Positions 45,477-55,574 of a DNA stretch of 64,000 nt are shown one piece after another. Below the pieces are notes generated by a model that saw only the letters and a list, made by a program, of their open reading frames with translations, ran no database searches and was not told where the DNA came from. The position numbers and the translations under genes were made by a program. How positions within the stretch are numbered: the stretch's first letter is position 1; each line of letters begins with the position of its first letter. The stretch spans positions 2,024-66,023 of the forward strand of contig JBBRFN010000001.1 in NCBI GenBank assembly GCA_038224265.1, given 5' to 3'. The DNA is from Lysobacterales bacterium. GTDB taxonomy: Bacteria > Pseudomonadota > Gammaproteobacteria > Xanthomonadales > Ahniellaceae.

Positions 45477-47432
45477 ATGTCCGTTACGAATTCGCGCAAC
45501 CTGCTTTGCGCGGCCATGGCGCTGTCGGCTTTCGGCCCTGTGCCAGCCGTGGCGCAGGACGCGCGTGTGGCGTCGCCCGACCTCGAGTCGCAAAGCGCGG
45601 CTGCGGCCGATGGGACGTCGGCTGCCGCCGGTGTACGCGAACTCGACGCGGTCGTCGTGACGGCGAAGGGTACGGCTGCCGACCTGCCATCGGCACTCGC
45701 CACCGATCTGGTGACCTGGCAGGACGCGGTCGGATCGCCGTCTGATTTCCAGGACCTGATCGTGCGGGTGCCGGGCATTGGCGCGACCGGGCAGAACGGC
45801 ATCTTCGAGACCTTCTCCATTCGCGGCAGCGGCGGCAACGGGATCCTGGTGCTGGTGGGCGGAACGCCGATCACCGCGCAGCGCCGCGCTGGCGTGCCGG
45901 TGGCATTCGTCGAGCCCTCGCTGCTGGGCGAGATCAACGTCACCCGCGGTCCGGCGACCGTTCACTTCGGGCCCGGCGCGCTCGGCGGCGCGATCTCGAT
46001 CGAACCGCGCTGGTTCGATGGCGCCAGTGTCGTGGGCAGCTACGCCGATTCGGGCAACGAGTCGAGCGTGATGGCCGGGTACGGCAATGAGTCGTTCTCG
46101 ATTGCCGCAGGCAGACATCGCGCCGGTGACAGCCAGGCGGCCAATGGCACCCCGCTCAACACCAGTTTCGAGCGTGAAAGCGCCAGCCTGCAGTACCGCA
46201 CCAGCTTCGGCGACTTCGCACTCGATGCCTTGCTGCTGCCCTCGCGCACCGAGAACATCGGCAAATCGAACAGTCGCTTTCCGGCCCGCGACACGACCTA
46301 CCCCAAGGACGAACACCTGCTGGGCCGGCTGCGCCTGACCCACGCCAATGGCTTCGAAGCCAGCGTGCACGGGCACGACCAGTCGCTGCTGACCTACAAC
46401 CAGCGGCCGGGCACGCCCGATACCTTCGCGTTCATCGAAAGCACCGATATCGGTGGCACCGTGCAGCAGAGCATCGAGATCGGCGACTTCAGCCACAACG
46501 TCGGAATCGAGTTGCTCGGTCGGCGCAACGTCAATGGTTTCGATGCCCGCGGAGCGCTGGCGAATCGCGTGTTCAGCCTGCGCGATGCGCGCGAGGACGG
46601 TTGGTCGATGTTCGGCATCAGCGACTGGCAGGCCACGCCAGAGTTCGCGCTCGAAGTCGGCGCACGTCATGGGGCGGTCGACCAACAACAATCCGGCGCG
46701 GATTCGCGCGAGTCGGATACCGCGTACACGGCCGGCGCGGTCTGGACGCCCGGCGATGCGGGTCGCTGGACCTTGAACCTGGCCTCGGGCTATCGCTTCG
46801 CTACGCTGGAGGAACGTTTTTTCACCGGCGTCACTCCGCAGGGCGAGATTGTCGGCAATCCCGAGCTCAGTCCCGAGCAGTCCCTTGGAGTCGATCTTGG
46901 CTATGCCTGGCAAGTCGGCAGCGTCAGCGGGCAGATTCACCTGTGGCGCACGAAAGCCAACGACCTGATCCAGCTGTTTGCCATCGCGCCGGGTATCAAC
47001 GGGTATACGAACGTCGGCGAGGCGCGGCTGCATGGCGTGGATGGCATGCTGGCATGGCGTCCGACTGCGACCTTCTCGCTGGTCGCCAGCGCGACCCTGG
47101 TGCGCAGCAAGGACGCGCTGACCGGCAATCCGCTGTTTGGCTCGCCCCCGCTGACTACATCGCTGGAGGCGAAGTACGACTTCTCCGATTTCAGCCTGGG
47201 TGCCTTCTACAGTCACCGCTGGCGCCTGCAGCGGCCCGGATTCGAGGAAGTCGCGCGCGATGCGGTCGATGTCGTCGATCTGGACCTGACCTGGCATGTG
47301 CACCCGGACTGGGACCTGCAGCTGTTTGTGCGTAATGCCTTCAACGAGGACTACTTCGCGACTGCCGACGTGCTTTCCGCACGTGCGCAGGAGCGCGCGC
47401 TCGGACTGAGCGTGCGCTGGAGCGCGCCCTGA
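45477..47432 (+). CDS. TonB-dependent receptor
   Basis: The 651-aa product has a signal peptide, the TonB box ELDAVVVTA, a plug domain (FSIRGSGGNGILVLVGGTPI) and a beta-barrel. It ends ...VRWSAP rather than with an aromatic residue. Confidence 0.88.
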   Translation: MSVTNSRNLLCAAMALSAFGPVPAVAQDARVASPDLESQSAAAADGTSAAAGVRELDAVVVTAKGTAADLPSALATDLVTWQDAVGSPSDFQDLIVRVPGIGATGQNGIFETFSIRGSGGNGILVLVGGTPITAQRRAGVPVAFVEPSLLGEINVTRGPATVHFGPGALGGAISIEPRWFDGASVVGSYADSGNESSVMAGYGNESFSIAAGRHRAGDSQAANGTPLNTSFERESASLQYRTSFGDFALDALLLPSRTENIGKSNSRFPARDTTYPKDEHLLGRLRLTHANGFEASVHGHDQSLLTYNQRPGTPDTFAFIESTDIGGTVQQSIEIGDFSHNVGIELLGRRNVNGFDARGALANRVFSLRDAREDGWSMFGISDWQATPEFALEVGARHGAVDQQQSGADSRESDTAYTAGAVWTPGDAGRWTLNLASGYRFATLEERFFTGVTPQGEIVGNPELSPEQSLGVDLGYAWQVGSVSGQIHLWRTKANDLIQLFAIAPGINGYTNVGEARLHGVDGMLAWRPTATFSLVASATLVRSKDALTGNPLFGSPPLTTSLEAKYDFSDFSLGAFYSHRWRLQRPGFEEVARDAVDVVDLDLTWHVHPDWDLQLFVRNAFNEDYFATADVLSARAQERALGLSVRWSAP

Positions 47433-47541
47433 GGCGCGGATCGGTCGTTTCGGTGGGGGCTGCGCCCGTTGGCGGCACTGGTTCGGAGGCTCCTGACGCA
47501 GTGCCGTGCCCCGGCGTGCTTGACTCCTGGCAGCCATCGGC

Positions 47542-48387
47542 GTGGAATCGTGCGCAGTTCTACGGATGGATGCCCCTATGCCTACGTCCAAGCAGCTGCG
47601 CGACTTCGAGGCTTTGATCCGTGAGCAGCCAAAGTGGCCGCGCGCGTTGTGTTTCGGTGATTCGTGGATGAACTATCCACCGCATCCGGTCGATATCGAC
47701 AAGCAGTTGCGGCGGCTGTTCAAGCGCAGCGCCTTTCTCAACGAATCCAAGGCTGGGCGCGAGAGCAGTCAGATCAAGACGCTGCTGCCGGAACTGCGCG
47801 ACCTGCTGGGTTCGTATCAGTTCAAGGCGCTGCTGTTGTCGATGGGCGGCAACGACGTGGTGGGCGATGAGCTTGCGGAGTACGTCAAGCCCCTCGACGA
47901 GCCGCAGTCGACCAGCAGCAATGAGTGGGGCGTGATTCCGGGCAGCGTGCGCGATCACATCCGGCTCAGCGCGTTCGCGGCCGGTTTGCGCTTTCTGGTC
48001 GAGGACTTCCGGCGCGTGATCGCCGCGCGCGACCAGCTCTCGGCGCAGACCGAGATCGTGGTGCACAACTACGACTACGTTTTCCCCAGCGGCAAGCCTT
48101 TCAAGCTGCTCGGTGTGAAGTCCGGGCCATGGGTCAAGCCGCATCTGGATGGTGTAGGCCTCACCGACCCGCGCCTGCAGCGTGAGCTGAGTTCTTGGCT
48201 GATCGACCAGTTCACCCGGGTGCTCAACGAGCTGATCTCGCAGACTCCGCGGATGCGGCTGGTTGACAGTCGCGGCGCGCTGGGCAAGGAGTCGGAGTGG
48301 GACAACGAGATCCACCCCAAGGGTCCGGGCTTCCGACGGATCGCGGAAACACGCTGGAAACCGGTGCTGGGTGGCCTGCTGAGGTAG
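47542..48387 (+). CDS. SGNH/GDSL-like hydrolase
   Basis: Block I is CFGDSWM, block III is MGGNDV and block V is DNEIHP. The start is uncertain (alternatives at 47566 and 47578). Confidence 0.7.
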   Translation: MESCAVLRMDAPMPTSKQLRDFEALIREQPKWPRALCFGDSWMNYPPHPVDIDKQLRRLFKRSAFLNESKAGRESSQIKTLLPELRDLLGSYQFKALLLSMGGNDVVGDELAEYVKPLDEPQSTSSNEWGVIPGSVRDHIRLSAFAAGLRFLVEDFRRVIAARDQLSAQTEIVVHNYDYVFPSGKPFKLLGVKSGPWVKPHLDGVGLTDPRLQRELSSWLIDQFTRVLNELISQTPRMRLVDSRGALGKESEWDNEIHPKGPGFRRIAETRWKPVLGGLLR

Positions 48388-48463
48388 GGCGTCGTGTGCT
48401 CGGCACTGCACTTCGGACGTGCTTGCCGTAGGCTGCGCAACCGGGACTGCTGGAGCAAACGCG

Positions 48464-48730
48464 ATGGCCACCGGTTGGGCTGGCGACAATGCGGTCAACG
48501 AACAGATCGAGGCGACCATCAAGGACGCAGTCGAGCGCGCGCGCAGTTGCCTGCACAAAGGCCCGGGCTGCGAGCGCTGCGAACAGTGCGATGCAACGAT
48601 TCCGGCGGCACGACGCAAGGCGGTTGCCGGAGTGCGCCTGTGCATCGACTGCCAGCGGGCGCAGGATAACCAGGCGGCGGGTTTTGCCGGCTACAACCGG
48701 CGTGGAAGCAAACACAGCCAGCTGCGCTGA
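48464..48730 (+). CDS. ybiI: DksA/TraR-type C4 zinc-finger protein, YbiI-like
   Basis: ATG 48464 gives an 88-aa product. MATGWAGDNAVNEQIE...CERCEQCDATIPAARR...GVRLCIDCQ...GYNRRGSKHSQLR closely follows my recollection of E. coli YbiI in both length and sequence. Confidence 0.85.
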   Translation: MATGWAGDNAVNEQIEATIKDAVERARSCLHKGPGCERCEQCDATIPAARRKAVAGVRLCIDCQRAQDNQAAGFAGYNRRGSKHSQLR

Positions 48731-48841
48731 GCGGCCAGGGACGCCGGCAAACGCGGTCGATCCGGTGTACTGTCGAGGCGCCACCGCGCGCTTTCGGAAG
48801 CCTTCCGGAGCGCTTGCCGTGCTGGCTGAAGGAGCGTCCGC

Positions 48842-49057
48842 ATGGCCAGTCCACTGCGCAAGATCGAGCTGGAAGCGTTGGAAAAGATATCCCGTGGAAC
48901 CTCCAACGACACCGTGATCGATGACGCCATCCTCGATCGCCTGCTGTCGCTGGGACTTACCCAGGTCCGCGGCGGCAAGACCGGGCTGACCTCGCGCGGC
49001 ACCATGGAGCTGACCCGACGCAAGGCGGTGCTGCGCGGCTTCGAATCGCGTCGATAG
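48842..49057 (+). CDS. small hypothetical protein (71 aa)
   Basis: Clean ATG ORF with protein-like composition (KIELEALEKISRGTSNDTVIDDAILDRLLSLGL) and high third-position GC. Confidence 0.5.
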   Translation: MASPLRKIELEALEKISRGTSNDTVIDDAILDRLLSLGLTQVRGGKTGLTSRGTMELTRRKAVLRGFESRR

Positions 49058-49113
49058 GCAGCCTTCGAACGGGTGGCGATCGATATTCATCGTTCGCAGG
49101 CAGGCGTCGAACC

Positions 49114-49347
49114 GTGTACCAGATCCTCTCCGTATTGCCGGCAATCGTGGCCCTGTGCATCTGGGCGATGTGGTTCGAGCATGGTGAATCGTCATCGGCG
49201 TTCAAGGTTGCGGTGTTGCTTCTGATCGGTTGTGCCGCGTGGCTGCAGTTCTTCAGCAGCCATGGTTTGGCCGGATTGGTGATGCAGGCCATCCTGGCGA
49301 TACTGCTGCTGATGTGGAACGCATGGCACTCGGCGCGCCGCTGGTAG
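49114..49347 (+). CDS. small membrane protein (77 aa, about three TM segments)
   Basis: GTG start. Hydrophobic segments are LSVLPAIVALCIWAMWF, VAVLLLIGCAAWLQFF and LAGLVMQAILAILLLMW. Confidence 0.5.
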   Translation: MYQILSVLPAIVALCIWAMWFEHGESSSAFKVAVLLLIGCAAWLQFFSSHGLAGLVMQAILAILLLMWNAWHSARRW

Positions 49348-49843
49348 GTTGATCGATGAGCGCCTCGCGGATCGGCGGCGCACAGCGCGGGATCGGCGCT
49401 GCGCGAAGCGACCTTCATCCTGCTGAATCGGCGCAACGCGACAGGACACTGGCGTGCTTCGGATCGAGGGCGGTCGGCGCCATGGCGCGCTGCGGGCCCC
49501 GACCGTGGCTGCCCGCTTTCTGGCAGGGGTGCCTGAATCGGTGTTCGGTTGACGCCAGTGCGCCAATCGCGCCGTGCGCGATCGTGCGGCTGGCACGACG
49601 CTGGCGGAGTGGGTGATTCGCAATCGGGGTGTGGCGCCACGGCATCGCTGGTTCGCGACGGCGCTTTCAAATTGATGCGCTTGGCCACTTGACGCCGTGT
49701 TACGAGCGTGTGAACTTGGGGCCGGTGTCCGGCATGCCGCACGGGCGTCATGCACACCGCAGGTGGTGCGTTGACCGAGCCCTGCCGGGCAGCGGTCGGC
49801 GGCGCTGCAACAGCATCATTCGCGCATTCCAATCGAGCAACGG

Positions 49844-51880
49844 ATGAATCTGGCTACCGAGCCCAGCGGGACCCTGCAACAGGCGATGGCGCACGCCGGC
49901 AGCCTGTTGGCGCGCGACCCGGCGCATACGCTCGCACAGCTGCGCGAAATCCTGGTTGTGGCGCCGGGCCATCCCGAAGCGACGCTGATGCTGGCTGTGG
50001 CGCAGGTTGCAGGCGGCGCGCTCGACGCAGCGCTCGACACGCTGTACGCGCTGAGCGCAGCCCAACCCAATTGGGCCAAGGCGCATCTCGAGCTGGGACT
50101 GGTTCTCGGCCGGGCGGGGCAGGGCGATGCGGCACTGAGCAGCCTGCGGCGCGCGATCGAACTCAAACCCGATCTGCCCCAGGCGTGGCGTGCATTGGGC
50201 GATCATCTGGCGGCAACCGGCGATGCCGAAGGCAGCGAGGCGGCCTACGCACAGCACCTGCGCTACGCCACTGGCGACCCGCAGCTGCTGCGCGCCGCCG
50301 ATGCCCTGTGCAACAACCGCATCCCCGAAGCAGAGTCGCTGCTGCGCGCCCAGCTGCAGCGCGCACCGACCGATACCGCGGCAATGCGAATGCTGGCCGA
50401 GGTCGCCGCGCGCCTTGGCCGGCACGAGGACGCGCAGGCGCTGCTCGAGCGCTGCCTTGAGCTGGCGCCGGAATTCCATGCTGCGCGCCAGAACTACGCG
50501 CTGGTCCTGTACCGCGGCAACCAGCCCTCGCAGGCCCTCGCGCAGATCGAGATCCTGCTCGCCGTGGATCGCTACAACCCCAGCTACCGCAATCTGAAAG
50601 CGGTGATCCTCGGGCGGATCGGCGACTACGAGGGTGCGATCCAGCTGTTTGCAGCCCTGCTGGCCGAGTACCCGAACAACTCCCGCATCTGGCTCAGCCA
50701 CGGACACACGCTCAAGACCGCGGGGCGCAGCGAGCAGGCGATCGCTGCCTATCGGCGCAGCACCGCGCTGGAGCTGGGTTTCGGCGAGGCGTGGTGGAGC
50801 CTCGCCAACCTCAAGACCTTCCGCTTCGAGGATGCCGACATCAAGGTCATGCAGCGCCAGCTTGCGCGCAGCGACCTCGATATTGCGCATCGCTACCACT
50901 TCGAATTCGCACTGGGCAAGGCGCTGGAAGACCGCGCCGACTACGCCGCATCGTTCCGTCACTACGACCTGGGCAACATCCTGCGGCGCAAGAGCGTGCC
51001 GCACAGCGCCGACCAGGTCTCGGCGCGGGTGCGGCGCGCGATCGAACTGTTTACGCCTGAGTTCTTCGAGCAGCGCCGGGCGAGCGGCAGCCCGGCGGCC
51101 GATCCGATCTTCGTGGTTGGCCTGCCGCGTTCGGGTTCGACCCTGATCGAGCAGATCCTGTCCAGCCATCCGGCGGTCGAGGGCACGATGGAGTTGCCCG
51201 AGATCATTTCGATGACTCGCATGCTGCGGCGTCGCGCCGGCAAGGGTGCGCAGGCGACCTACCACGATGCGCTCGCGACGCTCGATGCAGACGCGTTGCG
51301 CGAACTGGGCGAGGGCTACATCGCGCACACGCGGATCCAGCGCAAGACCAGCGCGCCGCACTTCATCGACAAGATGCCGAACAACTTCCTGCACGTGGGC
51401 CTGATCCATCTGGTGTTGCCCAACGCCCGCATCATCGACGCGCGCAGGCATCCGATGGCGTGCGGGTTTTCGTGCTTCAAGCAGCATTTTGCGCGCGGCC
51501 AGAACTTCACCTATTCGCTCGAGGACCTTGGCCGCTACTACCGCGATTACGTCGCGCTGATGGCGCACTTCGACCGCGTGCTGCCCGGTCGCGTGCAGCG
51601 GGTCGATTACGAGCGTCTGGTCGACGATACCGATGGCCAGGTGCGGCGCCTGCTCGACTACTGCGGCCTGCCGTTCGACCCCGCGTGCCTGCGCTTTTTC
51701 GACAATGACCGGCCCGTGCGCACTGCCAGCTCCGAGCAGGTGCGACAGCCGATCTACCGCGACGGTCTCGAGCAATGGCGGCACTACGAGCCGTGGCTGG
51801 GGCCCCTGAAAACCGCATTGGGTTCCGTGCTCGACGCCCATCCGACGCAACTTCAACGCCCAGGCGATGCCCGCGCCTGA
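49844..51880 (+). CDS. TPR repeat-containing sulfotransferase family protein
   Basis: The N-terminal half is about 300 aa of TPRs. The C-terminal half has the PAPS-binding loop GLPRSGSTLIEQILSSHP and a sulfotransferase-like core (RIIDARRHPMACGFS). Confidence 0.85.
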   Translation: MNLATEPSGTLQQAMAHAGSLLARDPAHTLAQLREILVVAPGHPEATLMLAVAQVAGGALDAALDTLYALSAAQPNWAKAHLELGLVLGRAGQGDAALSSLRRAIELKPDLPQAWRALGDHLAATGDAEGSEAAYAQHLRYATGDPQLLRAADALCNNRIPEAESLLRAQLQRAPTDTAAMRMLAEVAARLGRHEDAQALLERCLELAPEFHAARQNYALVLYRGNQPSQALAQIEILLAVDRYNPSYRNLKAVILGRIGDYEGAIQLFAALLAEYPNNSRIWLSHGHTLKTAGRSEQAIAAYRRSTALELGFGEAWWSLANLKTFRFEDADIKVMQRQLARSDLDIAHRYHFEFALGKALEDRADYAASFRHYDLGNILRRKSVPHSADQVSARVRRAIELFTPEFFEQRRASGSPAADPIFVVGLPRSGSTLIEQILSSHPAVEGTMELPEIISMTRMLRRRAGKGAQATYHDALATLDADALRELGEGYIAHTRIQRKTSAPHFIDKMPNNFLHVGLIHLVLPNARIIDARRHPMACGFSCFKQHFARGQNFTYSLEDLGRYYRDYVALMAHFDRVLPGRVQRVDYERLVDDTDGQVRRLLDYCGLPFDPACLRFFDNDRPVRTASSEQVRQPIYRDGLEQWRHYEPWLGPLKTALGSVLDAHPTQLQRPGDARA

Positions 51881-51928
51881 GTGCCATCTCGATCCACACC
51901 GGGTCCACTGGGAAGCAAGGAAACCGCT

Positions 51929-54397
51929 ATGCACAATCAGCATGACAACACGCAGCTAGCGACAGGCGCTATGCGGCCGACCCGTTTGCAGCTGGTATCG
52001 GCAATCTGGCTGGCGTTGGGTGCAAGCTCGCTGGCCCATGCGCAGGCACAGCCGCTCGATGCGGATGCTGAAGCCAGCACGGACGCGAGCAGCCAAGGTC
52101 CCGATGCGGCCAGCAATGCGCAGGAATCGGGCGCGCAGTCCGACGGTAGCGCGCGCACGCTGGAGTCGGTGACGGTGACCGCGCAGAAGCGCACCGAGAA
52201 CCTGCAGGAGGTACCGATCAGCATTCAGGTCTTGGGTACCGAGAAGCTCAGCGAACTGCAGGTCGCGGACTTCGAGGACTTCGCGCGCTACCTGCCCTCG
52301 GTGTCGATCGAAACCGGCGGGCCGGGCTTCGGCCAGGTCTATATGCGCGGCGTGGCCAGCGGCAGCAATGGCAATCACTCCGGCCCACTGCCCAGCGTCG
52401 GCCAGTACGTCGACGAGCAGCCGATCACCACCATCCAGGGTGCTCTCGATGTGCACATCTACGACATCGAACGGGTCGAGGCGCTGGCCGGTCCGCAGGG
52501 CACGCTGTATGGCGCCAGCTCGCAGTCGGGTACGATCCGCATCATCACCAACAAACCCGACCCGAGCGGGTTCTCCGCCGGCTACGGCGTGGAAGGCAAC
52601 AAGGTCAGCGCCGGTGCGGCAGGCTACGTGGCCGAGGGCTACGTGAACGTGCCGATCGCGGACAACATGGCGGTGCGCCTGGTGGCCTGGGACAAGCGTG
52701 ATGCCGGCTACATCGACAACGTGCGCGGCACGCGCACTTTTCCGACCTCGGAGATCACGATCGACAACGCCGACGTGGCCGAGGACGACTACAACAGCGT
52801 CGATACCACCGGCTTGCGCGCAGCGCTGCGCATCGACCTCGACGACAACTGGTCGATCACGCCGACGGTGATGAGCCAGCGCACCACCTCCGGCGGCATC
52901 TTCGCCTTCGATCCCGATGTCGGCGATCTTGAGCTGACCCACTTCTACCCCGAGAGCGCAAAGGACACCTGGACCCAGGCCGCGCTCGCCGTGCAGGGCA
53001 AGATCGGCAATTTCGACATCGTCTACGCTTTCGCCAACCTCAATCGCGATACCGACGTCGAGTCCGACTACAGCGACTACTCGTTCTGGTACGACACCTT
53101 GTATGCCTATGGCGCCTACATCACCGATGACAATGGCGATCTGATCAACCCCTCGCAGTACATCCAGGGTCGCGACGTTTATCGCAAGCGCAGTCACGAG
53201 CTGCGTATCGCCTCGCCCGCCGAAGACCGCCTGCGCTTCACCGCCGGTCTGTTCTGGCAGAACCAGTTCCACGACATCCAGCAGCGCTACATCATCGACG
53301 GGCTTGCCGATCTGATTTCGGTGACCAACTGGTCCGACACCCTGTGGCTGACCAAACAGGAACGCCGCGATCGCGACCGCGCGGTGTTTGGCGAGATCGC
53401 CTACGACATTACCGATCAGCTCACGCTCAACGGTGGCGTCCGTTTCTTCAACGCCAAGAACTCATTGAACGGCTATTTCGGCTTCAGCGAGAACCGCAGC
53501 TCCAGCACCGGTGAGGCGGCCTGCATCGACCAGAACGACTTCAACGGCGCGCCATGTCTGGTTTTCGACAAGACAGTTGACGAAGACGACCATACCGGGC
53601 GCGTGAACCTGACCTACCAGATCAACGACACGAAGATGATCTATGCGACCTGGTCGGAGGGCTATCGGCCGGGCGGCATCAATCGGCGCGGCAGCTTGCC
53701 GCCGTATCTGTCCGACTTCCTGACCAACTACGAGGCAGGCTGGAAGACAACGTGGCTCGACAATACGCTGTCGTTCAATGGTGCCGTGTTCCTCTCGCAG
53801 TGGGACGATTTCCAGTTCGCGCTGCTGGGAGCCAACGGCCTGACCGAGATCAAGAACGCGAATCAAGCCGAAATCCGCGGTCTCGAGATGGATTTGCAGT
53901 GGGCTGTGAACTACAACTTCACCGTTACCGCGTCCGTGGCATTCTACGATAGCGAGCTGACCGAGAATTACTGCGGAGAGACCGACTCCGCTGGCGTGCC
54001 GGTCACCGATTGCGATGATCCGCAAGCGCCCGAGGGCACCCAGCTGCCGATCACGGCCAAGGTCAAGGGCAATCTGATCGGGCGCTATGTGTTCGATTGG
54101 GGCGACTATCAGGCCTTCTTCCAGGGTGCAGTGGTCCACGAGGGCGAGCGCACGTCCGACCTGCGGCTGGCCGAGCGCGACATTCTGGGCGACCTTCCGG
54201 CGTACACCACCGTGGATTTGTCGGCCGGGATCGGCAAGGACAACTGGAAGGTCGATCTTTACTTGCGCAATGCAGGCGACAAGCGAGGCGAGAGCTCGCG
54301 TTTCGCACAGTGCGCGGAGGCGGTGTGCGGCGAACAGACCTACATCATCCCGATCCAGCCGCGTATTTTCGGTGTGCGCTTCTCGCAGCAGTTCTGA
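51929..54397 (+). CDS. TonB-dependent receptor
   Basis: ATG 51929 follows AAGGAA. The product has a signal peptide, the TonB box LESVTVTA, a plug domain (VYMRGVASG), a long barrel and the terminal ...VRFSQQF. Confidence 0.9.
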   Translation: MHNQHDNTQLATGAMRPTRLQLVSAIWLALGASSLAHAQAQPLDADAEASTDASSQGPDAASNAQESGAQSDGSARTLESVTVTAQKRTENLQEVPISIQVLGTEKLSELQVADFEDFARYLPSVSIETGGPGFGQVYMRGVASGSNGNHSGPLPSVGQYVDEQPITTIQGALDVHIYDIERVEALAGPQGTLYGASSQSGTIRIITNKPDPSGFSAGYGVEGNKVSAGAAGYVAEGYVNVPIADNMAVRLVAWDKRDAGYIDNVRGTRTFPTSEITIDNADVAEDDYNSVDTTGLRAALRIDLDDNWSITPTVMSQRTTSGGIFAFDPDVGDLELTHFYPESAKDTWTQAALAVQGKIGNFDIVYAFANLNRDTDVESDYSDYSFWYDTLYAYGAYITDDNGDLINPSQYIQGRDVYRKRSHELRIASPAEDRLRFTAGLFWQNQFHDIQQRYIIDGLADLISVTNWSDTLWLTKQERRDRDRAVFGEIAYDITDQLTLNGGVRFFNAKNSLNGYFGFSENRSSSTGEAACIDQNDFNGAPCLVFDKTVDEDDHTGRVNLTYQINDTKMIYATWSEGYRPGGINRRGSLPPYLSDFLTNYEAGWKTTWLDNTLSFNGAVFLSQWDDFQFALLGANGLTEIKNANQAEIRGLEMDLQWAVNYNFTVTASVAFYDSELTENYCGETDSAGVPVTDCDDPQAPEGTQLPITAKVKGNLIGRYVFDWGDYQAFFQGAVVHEGERTSDLRLAERDILGDLPAYTTVDLSAGIGKDNWKVDLYLRNAGDKRGESSRFAQCAEAVCGEQTYIIPIQPRIFGVRFSQQF

Positions 54398-54488
54398 GCG
54401 ATTGCGGTTTGCGGAGTTTGCGACAACGGCCCTGCGGGGCTGTTGTTTTTGGCGAAATCGACCAGTGGTCGTTGATCTGGGGCCTGCG

Positions 54489-55574
54489 ATGCAGCACAGC
54501 CGTGATGGCGCAGCAACCGGCGTCGGACTCGAATCCGCGCATGCATTGGCGGTCCGTTTCTACGTCGATCCGACCCATCTCGCCGGCGAGCGCGAGTCGG
54601 TGTTCGCGCGCAGCTGGCAGCTGGCCGCACACCAGGGTGAATTGGCACAGGCGGGCGACCATGTGCTGGCCGAGGTTGCCGGGCACCAGATCCTGATCCT
54701 GCGCCACCCCGACGGGCAGCTGCGCGCTTTCCACAATGTCTGCCGTCACCGTGCGGGACCGCTTGCATGGTGCAATGGGCGCGGTGCGCGGGCGCTGACC
54801 TGCAAATACCACGGCTGGACCTACACGCTCGATGGCCAGCTGCGCAGTGCGCCGGAAATGCAGGACGCGCTGGATTTCGACCCGTCGACGATCGCGCTGT
54901 CCGCCGTGCAGGTGCATGAGTGGCAGGGCCTGGTGTTTATCGCACTATCGAGCGAGGTGCCGCCGTTCGACACCGTGTGTGCCGGCATCGAGAGCCACAT
55001 CCACCCATTGGACCTCGCGCAGTTTCGCTTCGTGCGCCGCGTCGGCTACGAGGTGTCGGCCCATTGGAAAGTGTACGTCGACAATTTCCTCGAGGGCTAC
55101 CACCTGCCACACGTGCATCCGGGCCTGAGCCGGGTGCTCGACTATCGCACCTACGATACCCGGCTCGCGCCGTGGTACTCGCTGCAACACGCACCACTAC
55201 GCAACAGCGAGGGAATCTACGGCGACGGCGACGCTGAGGCGTGGTACTACTTCGTGTATCCCAACACCATGCTCAACATCATGCCCGGACGTCTGCAGAC
55301 CAATCGCGTAGTGCCGCTGGGGCCGGACCGCTGCCGGATCGAATTCGACTACTACTATGCGGATGATGCGCAGGCAATGGCGCGCGCCGACAACGATCAG
55401 CGTTTCTCCGACGAAATACAGGCCGAGGACGCCCGGATCTGCGAGGCGGTGCAGCGCGGTCTGGTCTCGGGTGCGTACACGGCGGGTCGTTTGTGTCCGC
55501 GTCGGGAGAGCGGGGTATGGCATTTCCACGAGCTGTTGCGCGCGGCTTACGCAGCGCACGGCGGTACAGCATGA
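54489..55574 (+). CDS. Rieske (2Fe-2S) non-haem iron oxygenase alpha subunit (choline/carnitine monooxygenase-like)
   Basis: ATG 54489 lies inside the longer ORF. The Rieske motif is CRHRAGPL...CKYHGW, and the mononuclear iron motif is DNFLEGYHLPHVH. Confidence 0.88.
   Translation: MQHSRDGAATGVGLESAHALAVRFYVDPTHLAGERESVFARSWQLAAHQGELAQAGDHVLAEVAGHQILILRHPDGQLRAFHNVCRHRAGPLAWCNGRGARALTCKYHGWTYTLDGQLRSAPEMQDALDFDPSTIALSAVQVHEWQGLVFIALSSEVPPFDTVCAGIESHIHPLDLAQFRFVRRVGYEVSAHWKVYVDNFLEGYHLPHVHPGLSRVLDYRTYDTRLAPWYSLQHAPLRNSEGIYGDGDAEAWYYFVYPNTMLNIMPGRLQTNRVVPLGPDRCRIEFDYYYADDAQAMARADNDQRFSDEIQAEDARICEAVQRGLVSGAYTAGRLCPRRESGVWHFHELLRAAYAAHGGTA

Noticed and set aside
45327-47591. 754-aa minus-strand ORF opposite the second TonB-dependent receptor
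   Set aside because: It is antisense to a receptor with a TonB box, plug and barrel. The translation is Arg/Gly/Ala-dominated with no motifs.
47542-49347. Idea that the SGNH / TraR-type zinc finger / small-ORF cluster is a prophage remnant
   Set aside because: The zinc-finger protein matches the chromosomal YbiI type in length and sequence rather than phage TraR. There are no integrase, capsid, repressor or att features. Spot counts of GC on a few lines did not differ convincingly from the rest of the window.
49748-51943. 731-aa minus-strand ORF opposite the TPR-sulfotransferase gene
   Set aside because: Shadow ORF. The plus-strand product has clear TPRs and a PAPS-binding loop, and the minus-strand product is low-complexity Arg/Ala/Gly.
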